A DNA stretch of 64,000 nt from positions 320,001-384,000 of the forward strand of contig CAXXWC010000003.1 of NCBI GenBank assembly GCA_963668645.2, written 5' to 3'. This document shows positions 19,630 through 28,873 of this stretch, piece by piece. Origin of the DNA: Desulfobacterales bacterium (GTDB taxonomy: Bacteria > Desulfobacterota > Desulfobacteria > Desulfobacterales > UBA2174). Both the position numbers and the translations under genes were made by a program. The notes beneath the pieces were generated by a model. It was not told the DNA's origin. It saw only the letters and a list, made by a program, of their open reading frames with translations, and made no database searches. How positions within the stretch are numbered: position 1 is the first letter of the stretch; each line of letters starts with the position of its first letter.

Positions 19630-20556
19630 TTACAGGCAACCGCCGGCCTGCAGACCATCTTCGGGTGTATTGGGTGCATTTTCGTGCAAGATCGAAATGA
19701 TCTGCCCCAGGCAGGCATCGGCCCGGGATGCATCGATATTGCACCCGCCCGCCCCGCGATGCCCCCCCCCTTCGAAAGCCGATAGCATCACGCCCACATT
19801 CACGTTGCAGGTCCGATTGAAGATGCTGTGCCCCACGCTGATCGAAACCCGCTGCGGGTTGCGTGCATCGCGGCGGGCCTTGACATGCACCGAGCACTCG
19901 GGGAACAGGGAATAACTCAAAAACCGATTGCCGTCCGGCGCATCAGGGTGCGATCGCATGTCCGTGACGGCCACATGGTCGTAAAGTTTGGTGTAGGCCA
20001 AAAGAAAATCGCGGTAGCGCTGATTGTTTTCCACCACCTGCCGACAGCGGTCCTTGACCGGCTCCAGGGCCATCACCGTCTCGATGGATCCCGTACCCAG
20101 CTCGTCGACCAGCAGATTCCAGTAAGGCTCATCCTTGCGCTCCCGTCCCGAAATCGTCATCGAGAGCAGGATGTAAGGATAGCGCTCCGGACTCTGGACC
20201 TCATCGAGGGTCAATTCGGCGGCATCGATCTTGTCGGCCTGGCGCACCAACTCGCTGAACCGGGACTCCAGCCGCTGGCGATAAAAATCGTGGATCACGC
20301 CGGCCGCCGAAGGCGCCAGGCGCCAGGCGCCGCGGAAGGAGGTCTGGATCTGATTGGAAAAATGATGGTCGAACCAGAGGCTGCAACGCGGGTCATAGGG
20401 CAGATTGGCAAGGATATCGCCCTGGCAAATCTGCGCCGTGCCCTTTTGAATTTCGCTCGGTTCGACCCAGTAGATGGGCAAGGTGACGGTTTCGGCCGCC
20501 TGGAGCAGGACGGCGCACACAATACCGTCAAAATCGGGTCGGGTAACGATTCGCAT
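19630..20556 (-). CDS. DHH-family phosphoesterase (exopolyphosphatase-like)
   Basis: TRPDFDG, FDHH, GGGHRGAG motifs. Confidence 0.8.
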   Translation of the reverse strand: MRIVTRPDFDGIVCAVLLQAAETVTLPIYWVEPSEIQKGTAQICQGDILANLPYDPRCSLWFDHHFSNQIQTSFRGAWRLAPSAAGVIHDFYRQRLESRFSELVRQADKIDAAELTLDEVQSPERYPYILLSMTISGRERKDEPYWNLLVDELGTGSIETVMALEPVKDRCRQVVENNQRYRDFLLAYTKLYDHVAVTDMRSHPDAPDGNRFLSYSLFPECSVHVKARRDARNPQRVSISVGHSIFNRTCNVNVGVMLSAFEGGGHRGAGGCNIDASRADACLGQIISILHENAPNTPEDGLQAGGCL

Positions 20557-20693
20557 CGTTTTTCAATAGCGGGAATGCGCCCCCATTTCAAGAACGGATT
20601 CGACCCGTTGGTATCATTTGACAGGCGCCCCCCCTTCCCCTATGGTTCCAGACGAAACCTTGATCCCCGGATTCATTCCCATAAGGAGCGCCC

Positions 20694-22163
20694 ATGATCG
20701 AAATCGATTCCCTTCAGATAAAAAAAGCGGCCCTGGAAACCTTGGCCGTCGCCGTCTGTGAAGACAAGGACCTCAACCAGGGGCCGGTGGCCGCACTGGT
20801 GGAAGCCGCACGCGAGGTGGAAACCGTCAAGGGCGAAAGCGGCGAAATGATCGTGGTGCACCGACCCGCCGGTTTTCGCCTCCAACGGGCCATCTTCGCC
20901 GGTCTGGGCAAGGCGGGCGCCATCGATGCCGAGGCCTTGCGCAAATGGTCAGGCAGGGCGGTCAAATATGCCATGGAGCGCCATCTTGCGGCCATCGACA
21001 TCGCCGTTCCTGATCCGGCTGCCCTGGCCCTGGATCCGGCCGTGGCCATCAAAGCCCTGGCCGAAGGCGCCGGCCTGGCCAACCAGGTTTTCGATCTTTA
21101 CAAACAGGAACAAAAGCTTCGTCCCCTGGAGAGGATTCGCCTGCTCACAACCGCCAAGCTGGCAAAGGCGCATGCGCCACTGATGGAGCAAGTGACCACG
21201 ATTTGCGCCGGCAGCGCCATGGCCCGCACTTGGGTGAGCATCCCTTCCAACGACAAGGTTCCCCAAGCCTTTGCCCGCACTGTCGCCGATGCCGGACGGC
21301 AAGCCGGCCTGAAGGTGACCGTACTGGACGAAAAGGACTTGGCCCAGCACGGATTCGGTGCCCTGCTGGCCGTGGCCGCGGGCAGCCGCAACCGCCCGGC
21401 TCTGGTGATTTTGGAGCACCGGCCGGAAAATGCCCAAAAAACCATCGCCCTGGTGGGAAAAGGGGTCACCTTCGACTCGGGGGGGATCAATCTCAAGCCC
21501 TCGGGTTCCTCCATCGAAGAGATGAAGATGGATATGGCCGGCGCGGCGGCCGTGGCCGCCACCCTGATCACGGCCGCGCGCCTCCACAGTGCGGTGAACA
21601 TCATCGGGGCCTTGCCGCTGGTGGAAAACATGCCTTCCGGCACGGCCACCCGACCGGGCGACATCGTCAAAACCTACGCCGGCAAGTCCGTAGAGATCGG
21701 CAACACCGATGCCGAGGGCCGCTTGATCCTGGCCGACACGCTGGCTTACGTCATCGACAAGTTCAGGCCGGATCGGCTCATCGATCTGGCCACCCTGACC
21801 GGGGCTTGCGTGGTGGCGCTGGGCGAAAAAATCGCCGGGCTTTTCGCCACCGATGAAGAACTGGCCGAACAAATCCTTGCGGCCTCTGCGCGTACCGGAG
21901 AGCGCTGCTGGCGCTTGCCGCTGCCCGAGGACTATAAAGAACAACTCAAGAGCGAATTCGCCGATCTGAGCAACATGGGCGCCACGCGCTGGGGCGGGGC
22001 GATCACCGCGGCCCTTTTTCTTGCCGCTTTCACGGGAAAATCGCCCTGGGCCCACATCGACATCGCAGGGCCGGCCTATGTCAAAAAACCGGCCGATTAT
22101 GGACCGGCCGGCGGAACGGGCTTCGGGGTACGGTTGCTGCTCGATCTGATCGAAACATTATAG
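20694..22163 (+). CDS. pepA: Leucyl aminopeptidase (M17)
   Basis: VGKGVTFDSGG, MKMDMAG, NTDAEGRL, HIDIAG. Confidence 0.95.
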   Translation: MIEIDSLQIKKAALETLAVAVCEDKDLNQGPVAALVEAAREVETVKGESGEMIVVHRPAGFRLQRAIFAGLGKAGAIDAEALRKWSGRAVKYAMERHLAAIDIAVPDPAALALDPAVAIKALAEGAGLANQVFDLYKQEQKLRPLERIRLLTTAKLAKAHAPLMEQVTTICAGSAMARTWVSIPSNDKVPQAFARTVADAGRQAGLKVTVLDEKDLAQHGFGALLAVAAGSRNRPALVILEHRPENAQKTIALVGKGVTFDSGGINLKPSGSSIEEMKMDMAGAAAVAATLITAARLHSAVNIIGALPLVENMPSGTATRPGDIVKTYAGKSVEIGNTDAEGRLILADTLAYVIDKFRPDRLIDLATLTGACVVALGEKIAGLFATDEELAEQILAASARTGERCWRLPLPEDYKEQLKSEFADLSNMGATRWGGAITAALFLAAFTGKSPWAHIDIAGPAYVKKPADYGPAGGTGFGVRLLLDLIETL

Positions 22164-22179
22164 AGCCGTTTAAAAACTC

Positions 22180-22833
22180 ATGAACCTGTTGATCATCGTT
22201 ATCGCCGTCATTCTGCTCGCCCTGACCCTTTTTTTCGAAAATCGCGGCCAATGGCGGCGTTACCTGATTTTCAAAAGCATCCTATCCGGGCTTTTTATCA
22301 CCGTTGCCCTTGTCCAACCCCATCCGCTGGCCAGCTATTTTCACGCCATTCTGGCCGGCCTGATCCTATGCATGGCCGGCGACATGCTACTGGCCGTCCC
22401 CGGCCAGAAGGCCTTCCGGCTTGGCCTGGTTGCCTTTTTGCTCGGCCATCTGGGATACGTCCTGGCATTTGTACGCGTTTCGACCCCCAGAGGGTTGATA
22501 TTCTGGTCCGGGGCGGTGGGGATACTGATCATCAGCGCCTTTGTCTTTCACTGGCTGGAGCCGTTTTTGGGGCGCATGCGCAGGGCCGTGCTGGCCTATG
22601 TGGCGGTGATCAGCCTGATGCTCATCACCGCCCTGGCCGTAGCGGTCAATCCGGGCCTGCAAGCGGCGGGACGAACGCTGATTCTCACCGGCGCCGGCCT
22701 GTTTTACGTCTCGGACCTATTCGTGGCCCGCAACCGTTTCGTCAGGGCCCAGTTCAGCAACCGCCTCTACGGCCTGCCGCTCTACTACGCAGGCCAGTTC
22801 ATGCTGGCCTTTTCAGTGGGCCTGATCCTGTAA
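22180..22833 (+). CDS. YhhN/lysoplasmalogenase-family membrane protein
   Basis: Polytopic hydrophobic protein with AGDMLL, FLLGH, FYVSD, LYYAGQ. Confidence 0.85.
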   Translation: MNLLIIVIAVILLALTLFFENRGQWRRYLIFKSILSGLFITVALVQPHPLASYFHAILAGLILCMAGDMLLAVPGQKAFRLGLVAFLLGHLGYVLAFVRVSTPRGLIFWSGAVGILIISAFVFHWLEPFLGRMRRAVLAYVAVISLMLITALAVAVNPGLQAAGRTLILTGAGLFYVSDLFVARNRFVRAQFSNRLYGLPLYYAGQFMLAFSVGLIL

Positions 22834-22843
22834 AATCATCCGG

Positions 22844-23344
22844 CTACCATCCGAAGATGCGCACCACGGCGCGCGGCAAAAGAAACCGAAAAGTGGCCGC
22901 CTCAGTGTCGCTGATGGGGCATCGGGCCTTCTTGTCGCCCCGGCTCATGGCCATGAAAAAGCCGAAGTGCTCGCCTTTATTCAGCTGCAAGACGCTCTTG
23001 GGCAGGGTGCCCGGCGTACCGTCGCCCCGCGCCTTGTTGGGATCATGGACAATCTTGCACACATCGCCGCGCAAACCACCCAGGATCTGCTGAATATCGG
23101 CTTCGGATAATTTCATCGAAACCTTGTTGGCCCAGTCGTATACCGTGTTGCCGCGGCTGTCGGTACCGCCGGTGGCGTTGGCCATCTCCAGCATCAAATA
23201 TCCTTTTTTAAGAACCCGAACCTCTCCGCTCTGAGTGGAAAAACTGACCCCGGCAAAGCAGGCCGGCTGCAAGGTCAACTGGAGCGATCCGGTACGGTTG
23301 TGGATCTTGAACGCGGGATATTGGACTTGAGGACGAAAGTCCAT
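22844..23344 (-). CDS. Whirly-like putative ssDNA-binding protein (166 aa)
   Basis: ATG 23344 after AAGGAGG; GYLMLEMA, YDWANKVSMKLS, CKIVHDPNK, PIS.TE and terminal IFGW are collinear with plant Whirly motifs (recalled from memory). Confidence 0.78.
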   Translation of the reverse strand: MDFRPQVQYPAFKIHNRTGSLQLTLQPACFAGVSFSTQSGEVRVLKKGYLMLEMANATGGTDSRGNTVYDWANKVSMKLSEADIQQILGGLRGDVCKIVHDPNKARGDGTPGTLPKSVLQLNKGEHFGFFMAMSRGDKKARCPISDTEAATFRFLLPRAVVRIFGW

Positions 23345-23821
23345 GGGAGGCGCCTCCTTTGGGGTTTCGGGCCAAGTTTGATGCACCCGTTAAATTATTC
23401 GCTCAAGGGCCCGTCGAGCAAAGGTCCTTAGGCCGCAATGGCTTGGATGGCACTAGCAATTTTCATACCGCGTGACGGCCGGCGACCATTCGGTGGTATC
23501 CGGCCGCTCCAGCCGGCGGAACACGGTGGTTTCCAGTACTGCGCAAGCCGCAGGCAGGGCGGCCTGCGGGACCTTCAAGGAAGAAAGTGCACATTCCAAG
23601 AAGCGCCAAACGCACATCCGGCGTGCAAACGCGGATAGTCGCCACAAGGTCTCCAACACGGGATCCACCTGCCGAATCCCGTGTCTTTCCCTTTTGTTCT
23701 GCCATGATTTTTCCCGAATTGGCCCGATCTTCGGCATGGGGGTTTGACCCTGGCGCCGTCTCGTAGTAAATACGGTTCGCTTCCCCTAAAAAAACCTTAC
23801 GAACCGACAGGAGTGGCCCTC

Positions 23822-25741
23822 ATGGACGATCCGTTGTTGTGTACCTGGAAAGGTTGGACCGGTCAGTTTGGCACCAAGAACCCCGGGCGTACCGGCGAAA
23901 ATACCGATTCGCCGCCTTTCAAGGCCCTGCTGGGCTGGAAAGGGCTCGTCGTCTGGGATGAAGACATCGATCCCGTGGACTTGCTGCGGGCCTATGTGGA
24001 AAAAGTCAAAATGGAATCCTGTGGGCAGTGTACGCCCTGCCGTGAGGGAACCGAACGCCTCGATGCCATCATGGAACGGATCTGCGCCGGCCAGGGGCGG
24101 CCCAGCGACCTGGAAGAGATCCCGGTTCTGGCGCGCTTCGTTTCAGACACGGCGCGCTGCGACGTCGGATTGAACCTTGCCCGGCCGACCATCGAGATCC
24201 TGAATCATTACCGCGGCACGTTCGAAGCCACCATCCGGGAAAATCGCACCGTGGCTCGCGGACAGTACGAAGCCACGGTAACCGCACCGTGCATGAGCGC
24301 CTGTCCTTCCAACGTCGATATCCCCGCTTACATCGAGGCCGTGCGTATGAACCGGCTGCAAGAGGGGCTGGCCGCCGTACGCCGGGATTGTCCCATGCCG
24401 GGCACCATCGGCCGCGTTTGTGTGCGCCCCTGCGAGGCGAACTGCCGCCGCGGACGTCTGGACCACCCCATCGCCATTCGTTCTTTAAAGCGCTTTCTGG
24501 CCGATCATGAAATGCGCACCGGTGCCCTGCCGTCACTCGAATCCATCCCCCAGCGCGAAGAGCGGATCGCCGTGGTCGGTGCCGGCCCGGCCGGAATCTC
24601 CTGCGCCTACTATCTGGGTCTCCAGGGGTACCAGACCACGATTTTCGAGGCTCAGGAAAAGGCCGGCGGCATGGCCTCGTTCGGCATTCCCTCATACCGC
24701 CTGCCCCGGGAAATCATCGCCTACGAGGTCGCCCTGGTGGAAAAACTCGGTGCCGAAATCCGCTACGGCGTCAAGGTGGGCGAAGACGTGAGCATCGAGG
24801 AGTTGGGCAAGCAGGGCTACCGGGCGGTCTTTCTGGCGGTCGGGGCTCCCGAGTCGTCCAAGATGCGCTGCGAAGGCGAGGATGCCGGCTACGAATGCTT
24901 CATGACCGGAATCCACTTTTTGGGTGAGGTCGCCCGGGGCCGGCGCCCCGTGGAAGGCAAAAAGCTGGTGGTTGTGGGCGGCGGCAACGTGGCCATGGAC
25001 TGTGTGCGCTCGGCCCTGCGCATCGGCTTTACCGATGTCAATCTGCTCTACCGGCGTACCGAAGCCGAAATGCCGGCCGACCCGCAGGAGATCCACGAAG
25101 CCCAGGAAGAGGGCGTCAAGTTCCATTACCTGGTGGCCCCGGTAAGCATCGTCCACAAGGACGGAAAGGTCAGCGGGCTGGAGTGCCAGCGTATGGCCCT
25201 GGGCGAGCCGGATCGCTCCGGAAGGCGGCGTCCCATGCCGATTGAAGGCTCGCAGTTCGTGATCGATTGCGACGTGATCATCCCGGCGGTGGGCCAGATC
25301 TGTGTGGTGGATTGTGTCCTGCCCGAATCCGACGCGCTGACCGCCTGGAAGACCCTGGTGGTCGATCAGATGACCTTCCAGTCCAAAACACCGGAGGTTT
25401 TCGGCGGCGGTGACTGCGTCACCGGCCCCTCGACCCTCATTGCGGCCCTGGCCGCCGGCAAGAAGGCCGCGCGCCACATCGCCCAGTACATCGAGCACGG
25501 CGCCGCACAGCCCACTGCCAACGAGATGCTGCAAACCCTGGTCAACGCCAGCGGGGTCTTCGAACCGCAGGAAACCTTCGCCTTCCAGGGCATCACAGAC
25601 CGGGCCGAGCCGCCCGTGATGGACCCCGAAACGCGCAAGACGAATTTCGAGGAAGTCGAAAGCGGCCTCGGGCTGGCCCAGGCCACCGCTGAAGCGTACC
25701 GCTGTCTGCGCTGTTATCGCATCGCCGTGGCGGCGATCTGA
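23822..25741 (+). CDS. NAD(P)H-dependent FAD/Fe-S oxidoreductase, SfrB/GltD-like with N-terminal NuoF-type [4Fe-4S]
   Basis: ALLGWKG, ESCGQCTPCREG, TAPCMSACP, GRVCVRPCE, GAGPAG, GGGNVA, YRRT, RCLRCY. Confidence 0.88.
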   Translation: MDDPLLCTWKGWTGQFGTKNPGRTGENTDSPPFKALLGWKGLVVWDEDIDPVDLLRAYVEKVKMESCGQCTPCREGTERLDAIMERICAGQGRPSDLEEIPVLARFVSDTARCDVGLNLARPTIEILNHYRGTFEATIRENRTVARGQYEATVTAPCMSACPSNVDIPAYIEAVRMNRLQEGLAAVRRDCPMPGTIGRVCVRPCEANCRRGRLDHPIAIRSLKRFLADHEMRTGALPSLESIPQREERIAVVGAGPAGISCAYYLGLQGYQTTIFEAQEKAGGMASFGIPSYRLPREIIAYEVALVEKLGAEIRYGVKVGEDVSIEELGKQGYRAVFLAVGAPESSKMRCEGEDAGYECFMTGIHFLGEVARGRRPVEGKKLVVVGGGNVAMDCVRSALRIGFTDVNLLYRRTEAEMPADPQEIHEAQEEGVKFHYLVAPVSIVHKDGKVSGLECQRMALGEPDRSGRRRPMPIEGSQFVIDCDVIIPAVGQICVVDCVLPESDALTAWKTLVVDQMTFQSKTPEVFGGGDCVTGPSTLIAALAAGKKAARHIAQYIEHGAAQPTANEMLQTLVNASGVFEPQETFAFQGITDRAEPPVMDPETRKTNFEEVESGLGLAQATAEAYRCLRCYRIAVAAI

Positions 25742-25783
25742 ACGGCCGGGACATCGAAGATATTGCCTGGGGCCTGACTTGGA

Positions 25784-27208
25784 TCAGCGCCGGTCACGCG
25801 GTTGGCCTTCGACGTCTTTCGGATGCTTCGGTTGCAGCGGCAAATCCCATTTTTTCATATATTTCCAGACCGCGGTGCGGCTGATGCCCAGGCGTCGGCC
25901 GGCCTCGGCCTTGTTCCAACCGCATTCATAGAGAAGCTCGAGCAGGCTCTCGCGGGTCAGGTCCCGGCCGGGCCGCCGCCCCGGGGACGGGGCATGAACC
26001 GGCGCCGTGTGCTGGCGCAGCTCCACCGGCAGATCCGGGACCTCGATCTGATCGCCGCGGCAGATCACAAAGGCGTGCTCGACGGCATTTTCCAGTTCGC
26101 GAACGTTTCCCGGCCAGTCATGATCGAGCAGACGGCGCATGGCCGCCTGGCTCACCCCGCGGATCCGCTTGCCGGTCGCATGGTTTTGCCGTTCGATGAA
26201 ATGGCTGATCAACAAGGGGATATCCTCGCGCCGTTCGGCCAGGGGCGGCAGGCGAATAGGAAACACCTTCAACCGGTAGTAGAGGTCCTCGCGAAAAGTC
26301 CCCTGCCGCACCAGGGCATACAGGTCGCGGTGGGTGGCGGCGATCACCCGGATGTCGATCTTGCGCCGCCGCGAATCGCCCACCCGCTCGATCTCCCGCT
26401 CCTGAAGCACCCGCAGCAGCTTGACCTGGATAAAAGGGCTCAGTTCACCGATCTCGTCGAGGAAAATCGTTCCGCCGTCCGCCTCCTCGAACCGCCCCAG
26501 GCGATCGCGGTGCGCCCCGGTAAACGCCCCGCGCACATGGCCGAACAATTCACTTTCCAATAAAGTTTCGGACAGGGCACTGCAGTTGACCGTGACCAGG
26601 GGCCGGTCGGAGACATCACTGTTGAAATGGATCGCAGCGGCCACCATCTCCTTGCCCGTCCCGCTCTCGCCCTGGATCAGAACCGTGGCGCGGCTGGCGG
26701 CCGCAGCCCGGATGGCGTCGAAGACATCCTGCATGCGGCTGCTTTTGCCGATGATGTTGGCAAAGCGGAAACGCTCGCCCAGGCGCCGCGTCGCCTCGTC
26801 GGCCGCCAGACGAGCGCGTTTGAGTTCGGTCAGATCGGTGACCGTCTCCACCGCCCCGATGATTTTGCCCCCTTCGTCGCGCACGGCCCGGGCGTTTTTA
26901 ATCACCGGCACGGTGTGGCCGTCGCGGTGGCGCAGCAGGCACTCATTGTCCTCAGCCCGCCCATGGCTGAGCAGGCCGCAGGCCTCCTGGTCCACCGGGC
27001 AATCGCGGCCGAAGCAGCGGCTGCAGTTCAGGATGCGGCAGGCCCGGCCGAGCGCTTCGGCGGCCGAATAGCCCGAGATCCTTTCCATGGCCGGGTTCCA
27101 GGAGGTAATGCGCCCCTGGGGGTCGAGGGTGAAGACCCCGTCGGCCATGGACTCGATGATCTGGGTCAAGAAGCGGGTATTCCACAGGGCGTGGATCGTT
27201 TCGGACAT
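25784..27208 (-). CDS. PAS-domain sigma-54-dependent activator with Cys-rich PAS
   Basis: PAS with CRILNCSRCFGRDCPVDQEAC; GESGTGKE, GAFTGA, WPGNVRELEN, HTH; ATG 27208 after GGAGG. Confidence 0.93.
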   Translation of the reverse strand: MSETIHALWNTRFLTQIIESMADGVFTLDPQGRITSWNPAMERISGYSAAEALGRACRILNCSRCFGRDCPVDQEACGLLSHGRAEDNECLLRHRDGHTVPVIKNARAVRDEGGKIIGAVETVTDLTELKRARLAADEATRRLGERFRFANIIGKSSRMQDVFDAIRAAAASRATVLIQGESGTGKEMVAAAIHFNSDVSDRPLVTVNCSALSETLLESELFGHVRGAFTGAHRDRLGRFEEADGGTIFLDEIGELSPFIQVKLLRVLQEREIERVGDSRRRKIDIRVIAATHRDLYALVRQGTFREDLYYRLKVFPIRLPPLAERREDIPLLISHFIERQNHATGKRIRGVSQAAMRRLLDHDWPGNVRELENAVEHAFVICRGDQIEVPDLPVELRQHTAPVHAPSPGRRPGRDLTRESLLELLYECGWNKAEAGRRLGISRTAVWKYMKKWDLPLQPKHPKDVEGQPRDRR

Positions 27209-27869
27209 CGCAGCCTCCGGCTTGGGGTGGATCCGCCAAAAAAGGCCCGGCACGCAGAAACGTTACAAGGCGTTACCTGCCCACCATAAGTAACGCAAAA
27301 GGGATCTGTCAACGGATCACTTTTCCCGCACCGGTTTAGCAGCGGGGTCTTGCCGTGGTATATGGCACCAAATTCTGTTATAAAACGGGACGAAAAGGAG
27401 CGACCGGTGGACAAAAAGTGGATCGACGGCCCAAAGGAGTATCTCGACTACCGCGAAGATTGTTGAAGCGGATTTCTGGACGTAAGTTTACGTCTGCGCC
27501 AAGCCGGCCCCGGAAGCACCCTTCGCTTTGTCATCACCCCTGCCCAGGAAGGGCGGATGCAAAGAGTCATCGCCCATTGCCACGGCCGGATCGGGGCGCG
27601 GGAAGTACGCCCCGAGGGGATTTTATACACCGTTCACCGCGATCCGGGCAGATCTTGAAAAAAGCACGCCGTACAAGGCGGCATTCTCCTTTTCCGATCC
27701 AATCAATCTTCGTACAACTGAGCGTTAACCGTCATACGGAAAGTAACGTCTTCTTGTTCAGTCGCGCTTGAATTCCCCTTTGGCCCGCTGTTCCATCCAT
27801 CCCAAAATACCACCCAACCTATTGATAAATAGATGTTTATCTATATTTCCCGAAACAGGATCGCCGTCA

Positions 27870-27884
27870 TGGCATCGATAATGC
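27870..27884 (+). promoter_or_regulatory. Sigma-54 promoter upstream of the thioredoxin/RACo genes
   Basis: TGGCAT-CGATA-ATGC with GG-N10-GC spacing and AT-rich upstream sequence. Confidence 0.65.
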
Positions 27885-27970
27885 AAAAAACCTCATTGAG
27901 ATCATCTTCTCACCGAGGCGCCCAGGGGATTGAAAACCCTTGTTTCCGTTATTGAAAGGTAAAAAGTGGA

Positions 27971-28414
27971 ATGTCGCAAGTTCTGCCCATCTTAAAGGGA
28001 GATGCCATCGACCGGATCCTGCAGGGCGCCAACGTGCCGGTGATGTTCGTTTTCGGCGCCCCATGGAGCGCGGCGTGCCGCCGCCAGATGGCTGACGCTC
28101 GGACATTGGCAAACCAGATGGCAGGCCGCGCCGAGGTGTACCTCGTGGATATCGACGCCAGCCGACCGGCTGCCAGCCACTTGGGCATTCACAGCATTCC
28201 CACCGTGATCATCTTTGACAGGGCCGTCGAGCGCGTCCGTTTCATCGGTGTGCAATCGATCCGGACCCTGGCCGCGGCCCTGGGCCAACGGTCCGGCACC
28301 ACCGCTTTTGCGGGTCTTTTGCGCCCAGAACCGGCACCCTGCCCGGCTGAATCCAGGTTCCGTCCCTGTAACCAGACCGGACCTGCGAGGCTCCAAAGAA
28401 AATGCAACATTTGA
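27971..28414 (+). CDS. Thioredoxin-like protein with atypical SxxC site
   Basis: FGAPWSAAC, VDID, GIHSIPTVIIF. Confidence 0.7.
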   Translation: MSQVLPILKGDAIDRILQGANVPVMFVFGAPWSAACRRQMADARTLANQMAGRAEVYLVDIDASRPAASHLGIHSIPTVIIFDRAVERVRFIGVQSIRTLAAALGQRSGTTAFAGLLRPEPAPCPAESRFRPCNQTGPARLQRKCNI

Positions 28415-28496
28415 CAGGGTTGAGCTGCCCGTGTAGGTATTCCCTCAGTCCGCATGCACCGGGGAGCAGGCCCAAAATCCCAAAGGAGAAAAAGCC

Positions 28497-28859
28497 ATGA
28501 GTGAACATCTGCTGGAAGTAACCGACCAGGATTTCGAAGCCACGGTCCTCAAGGCCGCCGACCCCGTACTGGTGGATTTCTGGGCTCCGTGGTGCGGCCC
28601 TTGCAGGGCACTGGGACCGGTGGTGGACCAGTTGGCTGCAAAGCACGCTGAAAAGGTCAGATTCGCCAAAATGAATATCGACGAGAATCCTGCGACTCCG
28701 GGCCGTTACGGAATCAGGGCCATTCCCACCCTGCTCTTTTTCAAAGGCGGCAGGCTGGTGGACCAGATCACCGGCATGGTTTCCGCGGGCCGTATCGAGG
28801 ATACCATCCGCAAGATCGAGGCCGGCGAACAGATCGCAGCGCCGTTCCAGATGCAATAA
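28497..28859 (+). CDS. trxA: Thioredoxin
   Basis: DFWAPWCGPC, GIRAIPTLLFFK; SD AAGGAG. Confidence 0.96.
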   Translation: MSEHLLEVTDQDFEATVLKAADPVLVDFWAPWCGPCRALGPVVDQLAAKHAEKVRFAKMNIDENPATPGRYGIRAIPTLLFFKGGRLVDQITGMVSAGRIEDTIRKIEAGEQIAAPFQMQ

Positions 28860-28873
28860 AGGAGACCGCCGTC

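Noticed and set aside
23390..23820. Small ORFs or an ncRNA in the gap between the Whirly-like and SfrB-like genes
   Set aside because: No recognisable protein motifs or RNA family signature; a covariance-model search would be needed.
27363..27377. TGGCAC as a sigma-54 promoter
   Set aside because: No GC at the -12 position (TGGCACCAAATTCTG) and far from a supported start; 27870 fits better.
27300..27860. ORFs in the long intergenic region upstream of the thioredoxins
   Set aside because: Atypical composition and no motifs; better explained as regulatory DNA.
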